64,000 nucleotides of DNA, from NCBI GenBank assembly GCA_964016885.1, contig OZ024742.1, positions 134,726,001-134,790,000 on the forward strand, given 5' to 3'. The DNA comes from Eledone cirrhosa (Eukaryota). This document shows positions 30,812-44,653 of the stretch, in pieces. The notes under the pieces were generated by a model. The model was not told the origin of the DNA and ran no database searches. It saw only the letters and a program-made list of their open reading frames with translations. Position 1 is the stretch's first letter; each line of letters opens with the position of its first letter. The translations under genes were made by a program, and so were the position numbers.

Positions 30812-31579
30812 TAAATTAGCGAGAATCGTTTTCAGCTCAGGAATTAACGAAAATCAACGTCCGATATGTGTGGCAAGCGCTCGATGAATCATATGAATCA
30901 GAGCTACAACATACGTTAAGGGCCAAACACACTGAGATGATGGTTAAACATATCATCCGCACAGCCAAAACAAAACGACCAAGTAATTCGGGTCAAACAA
31001 TAAAAATATATGTGTTGATCCTTTCCCGGACCCTGGACTGATGGTAAAATCCAGTATTGGTTTCTGCGACTCCAAATCAGGTACTGTCCGCCTACATAAA
31101 GAATGTTGGGTTCTGGTGAGATGATGAACAAGGCAGTCGTGTTATCAACGGGTTTTGCTCCAAGATGCTATAGATAGTGTGGCTATTACTGACCCCTCGT
31201 GGGATTCAGCAAGGGAGGTAACACCTCTATTAAGCGAATGATTCAGTTGTGTATTATTGCGAGAATGCAAAATATCACAAATCGAATAAAGCTCTCGACA
31301 GAATGGTTAAATATAACAGAGCTATTCAACAGTCAATATAAGTAACTGAAAAAAATCAATAAAATTAACTGCTCAATAGCTAGACTCTGGAGATTAATAC
31401 AAATATAAATTAGCGAGAATCGTTTTCAGCTCAGGAATTAACGAAAATCAACGTCCGATATGTGTGGCAAGCGCTCGATTAATCATATGAATCAGAGCTA
31501 CAACATACGTTAAGGGCCAAACACACTGAGATGATGGTTAAACATATCATCCGCACAGCCAAAACAAAACGACCAAGTA

Positions 31580-31581
<2 letters not shown>
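30809..31581 (-). mobile_element. 1.3-copy tandem of a 594-bp non-coding unit between (TA)n tracts
   Basis: 30809-30987 repeats at 31403-31581 with one mismatch seen. Confidence 0.85.
31025..31152 (-). ncRNA. Hammerhead candidate with U3-A8 core
   Basis: CCCG-UUGAUAA-caCGACU..AGUCGca-GAAA-CC-aaua-CUGGA..UCCAG-GG-UC-CGGG. The two closing pairs of stem II are C/A mismatches. Confidence 0.62.
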
Positions 31582-31640
<59 letters not shown>

Positions 31641-31643
<3 letters not shown>

Positions 31644-31829
31644 ATTGTTTCTACTTTAGGCACAAGGCCAGCGATTACCCAGTGCATTACTGGTACTTTA
31701 TTTTATCGACCCCGTAAGGATGAAAGGCAAAGTCAACCTCGGCGGGATTTGAACTCAGATCGTAAAGGGACGTAACTATGCTGCAAAGCATGGCCTCCGA
31801 AACTCTATCGATACTGCCAATCCACCACC
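31641..31829 (-). mobile_element. SINE
   Basis: Full-length reverse-complement copy. Confidence 0.9.
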
Positions 31830-31837
31830 TATATATA

Positions 31838-34800
31838 TAATAATAATGATTTCATTTATTAGCCACAAGGGCCGACATGTAGGGGACAATACAAAGACAG
31901 GGACAGTGGGGATTTCCAATAAGGTCGAGTAAAAGTGCACAATGGCAAGACTAATTTAACAATGAATATATAAAAATATAAAATAAACTATGCATAAATA
32001 TAACAAAATAAATTCCCCGATAGGCGTGGACGACCCTGGGGTGACTCGGGTACCCCACCAATCCTGAACCACCCTGCGCTTCTAGGGCACGCAGGTAGAG
32101 CACCCCTCACCTCAAATTAGCTAGCCTATAGGCGCATGGTGAGAGTAGGCCAATTCACACGAGCCATTCTCACCACATTCACCCACCTTTTAGCAAATGT
32201 ACTTGGGGGCAGCACCTCTCTCTCCACCGTCACCTTCCTTTCCAGGTGAAACTTGAAGAAGTTGATGAGTGATTGGCCCAATGGAAAAGTGTCTGTCTTC
32301 AGTCCTTTTAACTTGGTCCACCATATAACCTATTTCGCAACTGCCACCAGACAGAGGCACATTTCCTGCTCTTCCTGACCTAAGGAAGGCGGTGGGTCGA
32401 TCGTTACTATGGACGCGGCCAATAGCCGGATTCGTTCCACATGCAACAGTAGCTGTTCGACATAACTCCACAAGTCAGTAATGCATGGACATTGGACAAG
32501 TGCGTGCAGAACTGTTTCGTCGTTCTGTGTGCATCTTGGGCACGTCCGTCTGACTGCACTTCCGTGACTGTAGACTTTATCCCGAACCGGCAGTGCCCCC
32601 CGGTAGCACTGCCCAGCGAGGGATTTCTGGAAATTGTCCATCGTCCCAGGCTCAATAGTCCTCCGGTACAGACTGGTCAGTTCGACTTCGTCGAGGCCCA
32701 AAGCTTCTCCGAGTGCGTCATCGCACTTCCCACCAATAATCCTCTATAGAACTCTAGAGTGGAAGTTGCACTGATCGCATTGCCCGCTTGGTAGAGGGCA
32801 GTGAGTGCCTAGCAACATTTCAGGTACCAGTCACCCAGTCTCGGTCTACTCTTGACCCAGGACTGCAGCACAGTCAAAGAAATGAGCTGCGGAAAGGCCC
32901 GTCTGATAAACGGCGACCACATTCTGTTGAGGCAGAATATCTGGAGATGTCGCAGCATCAACGCATGTCTGCGCATCGTTAGCCACGGCATGCCCAGCCC
33001 TCCGCCTAGAGTGTGCTGGCAGCAGATGGACCGCCTCAGCAACGGAACTTGTCCCGTCCAAAAGAATTTGAAGAGGAGCCGTTCCAAGTTGACGAGGCGC
33101 GGACGGGGGCAAGGCACGACGGTCAGGCGGTAGTCGATGACGGACGTGATGTACGCACTCGCCACCTCCGCGCGACCTTTCATTGATAGCTTCCTCCAAG
33201 CCCATTTTTGGGTGAGATTGGCTACTCTGCTCGTAACCTCGTCCCAATTCTTTTCCACCTGGAGGTCTGGTCCTATAAAAACCCCGAGCAACTTTACCGG
33301 TCCGTCCGTTTAGCGCCCCACAACGCTGTTGGACGGCCTGAGCTTGCCTCTCCAGGTTTCGAGCTGCAAGCCCACCGACTTTTTCGGGTTAAGTTTGGCT
33401 CCTGTCAACCTTTCATATTCCTTCAATAAGGTGTTCGACACCATCACGGTGATGTCGTCCGCATAAGCCGACACCGCCTTTTAACGTCCCGGTTCGAATG
33501 GGATGCCCTGCAATAGCTCCAACTTCCTCAGTAAAGGCTCGAGAGTCAATACGTACAGAAGGGAAGAGAGAGGGTACCATTGCCGGACCGATCGGGAAAG
33601 CCCAAATGGTTTCGAGAGGTGGCCATTAACCTTGAACACCGAGCGTGTGCCGCTGTGCATTGCAGCGATCCAGCTTCTGAAGACAGGGCCGAAGCCAGTT
33701 GCTTTGAGGACAAACTCCAGATACCGATGATCGACCCTATCGAATGCTTTCGATTGATCTAAATTGATCAGTGCGCCACCGAAGCCAGGTTTACACCCTA
33801 CCGTCTCTATGATGTATCGCGTGAGGTGGAGATTGTCGTGTATCGACCTGGCTGGGATTGCGCTAGTTTGTGCCTTTCCAGCCAAATCCTCGACGACAAG
33901 CGCCAATCTCTTTACTAGCACCTTGGCCAAAATCTTAAACTCTGTGTTCAGCAGAGTTATGGGCCTGAAGTTGTCTAATGTATCCCTCTTGTTCTCGTCT
34001 TTCCTTATCAGCATCACCACTCCCCTAATCACAGAATCCCCGAACAATCGAGTAAAGTACTGGCAAAAGGCCGCACACATCCGCTTGGAATGTGTCCGTC
34101 TCGGTTCACCAAAGACCGAATTGTGGTTTTATTACCCCGCTGCGCCTCGGCCACGCGGGCCCATCGAACAGCTTTGGTTCCCTCCATTCTTAGCGCCCGC
34201 GCTTATATCTGACAATGCAACCTTCGTGTTTCGCATAGAAGAAATGATCTAATGCCATTCTTGCCGCTAGCACGTCTGTTGCAATGCCACTACAAAAAGC
34301 CTCGTCTAACTTATCTACCAGTCACCTTCCTTTCTATTTTTCTCTAACGCTAGCTCTAAACTCTATCGAAGTTACTCTAATCTCTCTTTTGAGAGCCCCC
34401 ACCATCTCTTGTTGATGATCCCCCTGTCAACTTTTGCTTAACTAAATTGTTGACTCGGGTCCAGTAAGCCTTACGTGCCGGAAATTACATGTTCAGCTTC
34501 CAGTAACCCGGTCCTATCCTACGCGTTTTATCTAGGTCGACCGTACAGATCACAAAATTTTGATTTGAATAGGCGACCGTTTTAAAAAGTGGGTAGCCCA
34601 CACTATTTCTATCTATTTTCCTAATGAAGATCCTGTCTATATACAATCTAGATGACCCCATTCGGATGCTCCATGTCCATACTGGCACATTGGGGATATA
34701 TAGTCGATACCTGTCAGACAGTTGGAACTGGCTGAGTAGGTGCTTGAAGGTTTTGCACCCCCTGCTCCTATCGGCTACTCCCACACAATCCCAGCGTGCG

Positions 34801-34970
34801 TCTAAGATGCCATTCCACTCCCCCGCTAACAGTAAAGGGCGAGACATACCCAGAAAGGTGTCCAGGCGGCTAAAGAAGTCCGGTCGTCCGGCCCCTGTAG
34901 GGGCGTAGATGGCCAGCAATCTAAATGCACCACCTTCGCTACTGCTCACATCCAAGACCACCAACTTACC
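31838..34970 (-). mobile_element. Tx1/L1-clade LINE, 5'-truncated, disrupted ORF2 (APE-RT-Cys/His)
   Basis: APE: AIYAP, LLAGEWN, IDRIF, GPGYWKLN. RT: NFRPITLLNTEFKILAK, LDQSKAFDRVDH, AYADD near 33460. CPRC..ETVLHALVQCP. Short (TTA) tail. Confidence 0.92.
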
Positions 34971-34971
34971 G

Positions 34972-37313
34972 GAGGAATATGGGAGCAGGATGTTAAACAT
35001 AATGACCAGGCAATGTGGATTGAGACAGTACAAAAGGAGATTAGTGAACAGGCACACCAACAAACTGATTTGAGAGTATCACAGTGAAACTCTTAAGGGG
35101 CAGGCCAAAAAACTAACCAACTGGAAATCGCCAGGCCCAGATGGTGTGCAGGGGTATTGGATTAAACATATAACATCCCTCCACACGAAACTGACAACCA
35201 TGTTCAATGACTGATTGATGTCAGGTGAGGTACCACGGTGGTTGACAAAAGGTACCACAGTTCTGGTAATGAAAGACCGAATCAAGGGTAATGATGTTAC
35301 CAACTAAAGACCTATCACATGTCTGTCCGTAATGTGTAAACTGTTAAGAAGCATTGTGTCTGAGGAAATCTACCATCACCTCCACACAAACAACTTGTTA
35401 CCGGACGAACAGAAAGGATGCCGAAAGAAGTCCCGTGGTATAAAGGACCAGTTACTTATTGATAAGACGGTAATGAGGAATTGCAAGAGGAGACACACTG
35501 GTCTTGCCATGGGATGGATAGACTACAAAAAGGCATTTGACATGGTGCCTCAGTCTTGGATCACCAAAAGCCTAGAGATCTTCAGGGTGGCAGATAACAT
35601 CAGACAGTTGTTGAGCCAAAGTATGAAGTCCTGGAAAACAGAGTTAACATCGGCTGGAGAATCCTTGGGAGGCGTGAAGATCAAGAGAAGTATCTTCCAG
35701 GGAGATAGTCTGTCCCCTCTGTTGTTTGTACTTGCCCTGATGCCCCTGACTATTATACTGCGAAAAGCGAGAGAAGGAGTTGGGAAAGAGAGAGCTTACC
35801 ATCAAGCTTACCATCGATATTAAGCTCTTCGGGAAGAATGTGAAGGAGTTGGGTGTGCTTGTTGACACTGTCCGTATTTTCAGCAATGATGTATGTATGC
35901 AATTTGGTATTAGAAAGTGTGAAGTCCTTGTGATGAAGAAGGGTAAATTGAGCAGAAACAACGGAATCCATGTACCAACAGGTGAGATGATAAAGGAAAT
36001 TAACACTGAAGAAGAATACACATATTTAGGCGTTCTGGAGGCTAATGACATCAAGAACAAAAAAATGAAGTAATTGATAAGATCTGAATATATTCGGAGA
36101 GAAAGGAGCGTATTAAAATCACATCTGAACAGTAGGAATGCCATAAGTGCAGTAAATTCCCGAGCTGTGTCTATTATTAGGTACAGTGCGGGAATTCTGA
36201 GATGGAATGTTGCTGAACAAAAAGAAATGGATAGTAAGTGTAGGAAGCTATTGACTATCTACAACATGTTCCACAAGAGGAGTGATGTCGATAGACTCTA
36301 CTTAAGGAGTTCTGAGGGTGGAACAGGTCTTATCAGCATAGAGGTCTGTGTTCAGATGGAGAAAAACAAACTACACAAATACGTGACAGATAGTAGGGAG
36401 CCAATGCTCAGAATTGTACTGTAGAAGACAATAGACAAGGGGATGTCCAAGGAGGAAATAACAAGGAGAAAGAGCAACCTTCATGACAAACCCCTTCATA
36501 GTACCTTCTTTGAGAAAACTGAATTCGGAGATCCACAGACATGGAATAGGTTGAAAAGAGGAGACCTTAAAAAGGCTACAGAAGGAATGCTAATGGTTGC
36601 GCAAGAGCAGGCCCACAAAACAAAGTGGCTGAAACACCATATTTACAAGGAGAGGGCTAGCTTACTGTTTAGGATCTCTGGAGAGAGAGAGGAGACTTTG
36701 GCTCACATTGTATCCGACTGTAAACACCTAGCCCAGACTCACTATAATGGCTGGAGACATGATGTGATGGGCAGTGTGATCCACTGGCACCTATGCAATG
36801 TAAACAATTTACCACATTCTGAGAAGTGGTATGTGCATAAGCCAGAGTCGGTGATAGAAAACGATCAGGTGAAGGTGCTGTGGGATTTTAGGATACAGAC
36901 GGACAAGAAACTGGAACACAATAGACCTGACCTGGTTGTTTTGGATAAGGAAAAAAGATGGTGCCTGATTGTGGATATGGCCTGCCCATTCGACATGTGA
37001 GTGCAAGAGAAGGAGAGGGAGAACATTAACCGATACCAGGACTTAAAGAGGGAGGTAAAAAAGGATTTGGAACTGCCATGAAGTCAAAGTGGTCCCGATT
37101 GTCATAGGTGCACTAGGTACTATCTCAAAGAGTTTCCAAGGATGGTTAAAGAAAATTGGCCCAGTCCCGCTTTTTGGAACACTTCAAAAGGCATGATTGC
37201 TGGGAACAGCAAGAACCTTCCGATACGTCCTGAATATCTGAGGCTGAAAGTAGTGGCTTGATATTCATTTCAACAAACTTTCCAGTTAACTAACATCAAT
37301 GACTGAGACTCAA
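34972..37313 (+). mobile_element. R4/Dong-clade RLE LINE, 5'-truncated degenerate copy
   Basis: Colinear with about 39685-42046. RT ([18 protein letters not shown]), RHD and PD..D endonuclease motifs, many stops. Followed by (AAT)n. Confidence 0.92.
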
Positions 37314-37321
37314 TCAACAAC

Positions 37322-37404
<83 letters not shown>

Positions 37405-37446
37405 TAATACAATAATAATAAATATAATAACAATAAGAATAATAAA

Positions 37447-37496
<50 letters not shown>

Positions 37497-37506
37497 TAAT
37501 AATAAG
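37314..37506. repeat. (AAT)n tract, Dong-type target/tail
   Basis: Read directly. Confidence 0.9.
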
Positions 37507-38399
37507 GGAAGAAGACGCACGAGGTGACGGAGGACATGAAATCGCTCCCGTAAGTTTTGAATTTTTAACATATTTAAATCATTTGTGAAATAACAACTCT
37601 TAGTACAAATGCTACGTAAAGCACCCGGCTTGAGCCCCAAAAAATTCGGACCCAAAATATATTGTTATAAGGCTCAAATATTCAAATATTCAACATTGTA
37701 TTGTACACTGTATATCCCAAAAAGAAAATTGCTATAAATGGAAGAAGACCCCCCCCCCTCCTCTCCTCTGTCTACACTATATAGAACAGCCAAACTCACC
37801 AATACCAGAAACTAGATACACCACCCACCCCATCACCTGTGTACACTAAACACAACAGCCAGATAACGGCATTTTCACCACCACCGCTCACTACAGCCAT
37901 CATTACCACCATTATCCCATCACCGCCGCCACCACCCCTTCACTTCTTCACTGCTACCACCGCTACAGCACCATCACTACAGTAATACGGTCACATCACC
38001 GCCACCACCGCCTCGGTATCGACATCACCTCCACCACTGTCTCAGTATCGCTACCGCCGCCAGTCCTCCACTTCTACCAGCTGGCTGCTGCCACCACATT
38101 ATAGAATCCCTACTGCTAAAAAAGAGGAAGGCATCAAAATATATAGATAGACTCAAAAGAAAAAAGAAAAAACAAACAACAAAACCAAAGCAGCACAGCA
38201 ACAACAGCAAAAAACGAGAAAAACAAACAGAGAAAAACAAAAACAAAAAAAAAACCCCAAAAAACGTAAAGAAGATAAGAATGAAGAGAGAAGCAGGCGG
38301 ACGGACAGAGAAGAGGGGGGAAAAACTAAAACTTAAAAAACAAAAACTCAGTCAGACATTCGAACACTACATTACAATGAAACTTATGCTTATTCATTT

Positions 38400-41300
38400 T
38401 TGGGGCCCTTCTCTGCCTGTGTGTTTGTTTGTTTATGTGAGTTCGTATACAGCGTGGTGATAATGCCACACAAGGGCCAAGTGGAATGGCGGATCCACAG
38501 ATGGCTATGTAACCATACATTCGCCAATCCTCGATAAGAGTGTTTAAATATCGAACATAAACAGTTCGAATAACGGTGAAATGGAGACTAGAACGTCATG
38601 TGACAGACTCTCACCCAACAGGTGCCCACTGGCTCAGCAGCAGGAACCTGACTGTCAACCAAATACTGCTGATGTTGGAGGAAGGAGAAGAAGGAAAGGG
38701 GCCAGAAGCAACTGGACGAAAGAATTGAATAGAACTGTTATGCAATGCTACCTGAAAAGTAACCCCAAGGAGAGGGGCTACAGGAGACGGATGCATAACA
38801 TCTGGAACGAGATTGGTTTATTTAAATTAGATGAACAAAAATTGGCCGGGCAGGCTCGGGTAATAAGAACTAATGGGTGGATAAGCGAGCTGGAACTGGA
38901 GGAACTGAGCAGAGAGAATGGCTTGGAGATGGCGGGTGTAGTATGCCAGACAAGCGAGCCAGTGGGAAATGAAGGTGAAGAGGTCCTGAGAACGGAGGAA
39001 CCACCCGAAGCAGACAATGATCTGAATACTGAGATAAATAATACCTGGAACAGAGATACGGCCACTGAGGAGATGGATGCTGACGGGCTAGGACAAGATT
39101 CGGTTGACATCCTAAATTTAGTGGTAGATGAATTGAACAATGATAGTGGGAGACCTATGAACCTAAGATTTGTAGACAGGAAAAAGTTAAAAGAAACAAC
39201 AGCTAAGGTAAACAAAGTCATCCCATACCTTGAGGCGAGGAGCCTTTACCAGTGCAACAATATCCTCAAAGCAACAGCAAATACGGTGAGGAAACTACTT
39301 GGTATAAAAGCGAGAGGAAACAACAGACAAGAAAGAGCAGAGCCGTGGTGGAAGAAGCGACTGAGTGGGCAAATCGGGGAAATGAGAAATGACATAGGAA
39401 AGCTTGAGTCCCACTGAATGGGACACTAAAAAACATAGGCACTAGAAATAGACTGGAAATAAAATACAAAACTAGGAGGAAAAAGCTAAATATTATCATA
39501 GAGGAACTGAAGCAACGCATTGTAGCAAAGAGTGCAAAAATCAGGCGATACGAGAACAGAGTCAGTCAGTATAAACAGAACCGCATGTTCGACAACAACC
39601 AGAAGATGCTGTTTGGACAGCTTGAGGGGAAAGAAAGAGGCAACGACTTGATCCCTGGGGCGGAGCAAACTAAAACATTCTGGAGAGGAATATGGGAGCA
39701 GGATTTTAGACATAATGTCCAGGCAGGGTGAATTGAGACAGTACAGAGGGAGATCGGTGAGCAGGCACAACAACAAACTGATTTGAGTATCACAGTTGAA
39801 ACTCTTAAGGGGCAGGCCAAAAAACTAACCAACTGGAAATCACCAGGCCCAGATGGTGTGCAGGGGTATTGGATTAAACATTTAACATCCCTCCACCCGA
39901 AGCTGACGGCCATGTTCAATGACTGCTTGGTGTCGGGTGAGGTGCCAGAGTGGTTGACAAAAGGTACCACAGTTCTGATAATGAAAGACCGAATCAAGGG
40001 TAATAATGTTACCAACTATAGACCTATCACATGTCTGTTCGTAATGTGGAAACTGTTGACGAGCATTGTGTCTGAGGAAATCTACCATCACCTCCACACA
40101 AACAACTTGTTACCGGACGAACAGAAAGGATGCCGAAAGAAGTCACGTGGTACAAAGGACCAGTTACTTATTGATAAGATGGTAATGGGGAATTGCAGGA
40201 GGAGACACACTGATCTTGCCATGGGATGGATAGACTACAGAAAGGCATTTGACATGGTGCCTCATTATTGGATCACCAAAAGCCTGGAGATCTTCAGGGT
40301 GGCAGATAACATCAGACAGTTGCTAGGCAGGAGTATAGGGTCCTGGGAGACAGAGTTGACATCAACTGGAGTATCCTTGGGAAGCGTGAAGATCAAGAGA
40401 GGTATCTTCCAGGGAGATAGCCTGTCCCCTCTGTTGTTTGTCCTTGCCCTGATGCCCTTGACCATTATGCTGCGAAAAGTGAGAGCAGGATACAAGTTGG
40501 GAAGCGGAGAGCTTACCATCAATCACCTCCTCTTCATGGACGATCTTAAGCTCTTCGGGAAAAGTGAGAAGGAGTTGGATGTGCTTGTTGAAACTGTCCG
40601 TATTTTCAGCAGTGATATATGTATGCAGTTTGGTATTGGTAAATGTGGAGTCATTGTGATGAGGAGGGGTAGGTTGAGCAGAAGTAACGGGATCCAGATA
40701 CCAACAGGTGAGATGATAAAGGAAATTGACTCTGAGGAAGGATACAAGTATTTGGGCGTTCTGGAGGCTGATGGCATAAAGAACAAAAAAATGAAGGAAT
40801 TGTTAAGAACTGAATACATTCGGAGAGTAAGGAGCGTATTGAAGTCACATCTGAACAGCAGAAATGCCATAAGCGCAGTAAATTCCCGAGCTGTGTCTAT
40901 TATTAGGTACAGTGCGGGAATTCTGAGATGGAATGTTGCTGTACAAAAAGAAATGGATAGGAAGACTAGGAAGCTATTGACTATCTAAAACATGTTCCAC
41001 AAGAGGAGTGATGTCGATAGACTCTACCTAAGGAGATCTGAGGGTGGAAGAGGTCTTATCAGCATAGAGGACTGTGTTCAGATGGAGAAAAACAACCTAT
41101 ACAAATACGTGACCTATAGTAAGGAGCCAATACTCAGAACTGTACTGAAGGAGGGGACAGTAGGTCAGGGGATGTCCAAGGAGGAAATAACATCAAGGAG
41201 GAAGAGCAGCCTTAAGGGAAAATCCCTTCATAGTACCTTCTTTGAGAAAACTGAATTTAGAGATCCACAGACATGGAACTGGTTGAGAAGAGGAGACCTC

Positions 41301-42046
41301 AAAAAGGCTACAGAAGGAATGCTAATGGCTGCGCAGGAGCAGGCCCTCAAAACGAAGTGGTTGAAGCACCATATCTACAAGGAGGAGGCTAGCCCACTGT
41401 GCAGGATCTGTGGAGAGAGAGAGGAGACTGTGGCTCACATTGTGTCCGAGTGTAAACACCTAGCCCAGACCCACTATAAGGGCTGGAGACACGATGTGAT
41501 GGGCAGGGTGATCCACTGGCACCTGTGCAAAGTAAACAATTTACCACATTCTGAGAAATGGTATGAGCATAGGCCAGAGGCGGTGATGGAGAACAATCAG
41601 GTGAAGGTGCTGTGGGATTTTAGGGTACAGACGGACAAAAAACTGGAACACAATAGACCTGACCTGGTGGTTGTGGACAAAGAAAAAAGATCGTGCCTGA
41701 TTGTGGATGTGGCCTGCCCGTTCGACACGAGAGTGCAAGAGAAGGAGAGGGAGAAAATTAACCGATACCAGGACCTAAAGTGGGAGGTGAAAAGGATTTG
41801 GAACTGCCATGAAGTCAAAGTGATCCCGATTGTCATAGGCGCACTGGGGACTATCAACAAAGGTTTCCAGGGATGGTTAAAGAAAATCGGCCCCTTCACG
41901 CTTTTTGGAACGCTTCAAAAGGCATGCTTGCTTGGAACAGCAAGAACCCTCCGATACGTCCTGAATATCTGAGGCTGCAGGTAGTGGCTTGATATTCAAT
42001 CCAACGGACTTTCCAGTTAACCAACATCAATGACTGAGATTCAAGG
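38400..42046 (+). mobile_element. R4/Dong-clade RLE LINE, near full length (5' boundary uncertain)
   Basis: Single disrupted ORF, about 75-bp 3'UTR, then (AAT)n at 42047-42111. Confidence 0.93.
38581..41972 (+). pseudogene. RT-zinc knuckle-RLE polyprotein (about 1130 codons) with three lesions
   Basis: N-terminal WTKELN..GYRRRMHNIW, HLLFMDDLKLF, CRIC..H..C, RHD, PDLV..IVDVACP..K. Frameshift near 39415, TGA at 39729, TAA at 40986. Confidence 0.92.
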
Positions 42047-42058
42047 AATAACAACAAC

Positions 42059-42110
<52 letters not shown>

Positions 42111-42112
<2 letters not shown>

Positions 42113-42213
42113 TGTTTCTACCTTTTGCACAAAGCCAGCAATTAACCAGTGTATTACTGGTACTTAATTTTATCGACTCCATAAGGATGAAAGGCAAAGT
42201 TAACCTCGGCGGG
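42111..42213 (-). mobile_element. SINE 3' half
   Basis: Core and 3' end; its tail merges with the LINE (AAT)n tract. Confidence 0.85.
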
Positions 42214-42399
42214 GTATAATAATAGTAGCGTATACGTATCGTAGGAGAAGAGTAAATAGAGAGATACAGAGAAGTGCGAGACAGATTACTAAATGCCAAT
42301 AGCCAAAGCGGAGTATGCTCAATGCTTGGGTTGGCGGAGTTAAATATTAGAGAAAATGTAATATTAAGTAGGTTGTTCAAGTAGGGCAGGAATAAGCAA

Positions 42400-42578
42400 C
42401 TGAATGAAGGAGATACAAGCCTTTAAACAAGTTCATTATACAAATCTTACATAATGTTTCGCCCACACGGGCTCCTCAAAGAAATGATTGTTTATCTGAG
42501 GAGCCCGTGTGGGCGAAACATTATGTAAGATTTATACAAAGTACTTGTCTTAACGGCTTGTTACACCTTCATTCATTC
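42400..42578. ncRNA. Foldback with two minimal hammerhead motifs
   Basis: Plus strand CTGAGGA (42496)-GCCC gtgt GGGC-GAAA-CATTATG-TA with poor stem I. The minus copy (42445-42482) has UUGAGGA and a 3-bp stem I. Confidence 0.65.
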
Positions 42579-42579
42579 A

Positions 42580-42620
<41 letters not shown>

Positions 42621-42940
42621 GGGGATCGGGGTCGAATCGGGATGTGTGCTAAAAAGCCGTATATATGAAGTTGTATCTGTATATACCTGCGATGTAGGTA
42701 ATATTTTGCGTATTATGAGATACTTGATCATGTTTTACTTTGGTTGTTTAGATGATACAATTCCTTTCCGTTGAAAGCCTTACTAAACTTGAAAACGCGT
42801 TAATGGCATTTACCATTTTTTTCAAATCCCCAGGAAATACATATATTGGAATATCTACACGTTTACACACACAAAGTATAAATTTACATACACATTTAAT
42901 CAGTCTCGGTTATCTATGTAAATATCTATATACTTATCGA

Positions 42941-43100
42941 AGGGGGTGAATTGGCAGAAGCTTTACAAGGTCGAATAGAATGATTTCCCGTGTTCTTTCC
43001 GGCTCCTGCTCTTTTAGTTTAAAAGTCAACTTCGCTTTTCATCCATTTCAGATCCACAAAAAGATTGGCTTTCTAGCATTGGGTCAATTCTTCCTTTGTT
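42941..43100 (+). mobile_element. Old degenerate SINE
   Basis: GGTGAATTGGCAGAA head and GTCAACTTCGCTTTTCATCC core. Confidence 0.55.
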
Positions 43101-44224
43101 TCGCTTTTCTTTTCTCTCACACCCTTCTCTGGAGGAATTCTCTGATTTACAATGGCCTGGAGAAAGGATGTGTTCACCAGGTTTAAACATGCCTTAAGAA
43201 CCGCCTTATGTCAATATAGCGTCACTAAGATTCCTTCGGGAGTTACGGGTTTTACCATACCATATACCTATCAAGAGAGAAAGAGAGCGTTAGATAGAAT
43301 GCAAGTGAAATATATATATAAAGAAATACACCTAACTTCCCCTGCTGCCACATACATCACAAGATTTTTTTTATTACAATTTTTGCCCAATAGTGTATTC
43401 ATTTCAAGAAAGTCAAAGTTAGAGCATTAATATTAATATCTGTTAACAGACTCCCACGTTGACGGAAATAATTATATGTAAGTACAAAAGTAAATCTAAA
43501 CATTATGAATGAAAATTTAAGCAATTTCTTTTGAGCAACTTAAGATCTGCGGGAATTATTAGTAAAGTTGTTATTCGAATTAGAAATAAATACGAAATGT
43601 ATATGTTTTATTTGCAAGTGTGTAGGCATATGAGTATACAATGTGAAATGAATTATCTATTTATCCCATTTTTCTCCATCTAACCATTTGATTCCATCTC
43701 TCCGTCTATCTAGCTGTTGTCTATTTCTCTTCATTGAGGTATGTATGTATATAAGAGGTTGTGATTTTGTGCGTTTAACTGTCCGTGTGGGTGAGTGGGT
43801 GGTGTGTGTAACAATAATTGTGTATTTTTCTCGTCCTTTGTTTTAATTTGTGTATATAAATGGATATATTTAATAAGAAAAGTAAACAAATATTAACTAC
43901 TTATGTTCTACGTGTTAGTAAGAACATCTCAGTAGGTGTAAAGAAACAGATGTTAGGCTTCTGGCATTATGTTAGTTCTAATGTAATTTCTTAAACGCAA
44001 GCACAATTAGTATTGCTTTTTCATACTGACAGTCAATATATAAATTTTCAAAACGACATTTTACACCCACACCCACACGCACACGTACACGCACCCGCAC
44101 ATGCACACACAAACACACATATATATATATATATTTATATATATAATATGTTGTATATATATTTATATATACATATTTATATATGGTATATATATATATA
44201 TATTTATATGTATATATATAAATG

Positions 44225-44263
<39 letters not shown>

Positions 44264-44372
44264 TAAGTATGCATATATATAAAGATATATATATATATAT
44301 ATATATAAATATATATATACATATATATGTATATATATAAATATCTCATATATTATATATATATAAGTATAT

Positions 44373-44426
<54 letters not shown>

Positions 44427-44456
44427 TATACATATATATATTCATACATACATATA

Positions 44457-44528
<72 letters not shown>

Positions 44529-44653
44529 CTTGACCGACCAGTTTGTCAGGCGCCGTTCGGCGCCTCTGGTCACAGCACGTCGTGCTGTTTTAGCCATATG
44601 ATAACGCCATATTATAACGCCATCCCACTTTTAGCCATATGATAACGCCATCC

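Noticed and set aside
38400-38560. HDV-like ribozyme in the Dong 5'UTR
   Set aside because: Stems GGCCCTT/AAGGGCC and GGCGGAT/ATTCGCC exist, but I could not place P1.1, L3 or J4/2.
43100-43260. Possible host exon after a pyrimidine tract
   Set aside because: No recognisable protein or convincing splice pair. Small exons cannot be excluded without RNA data.
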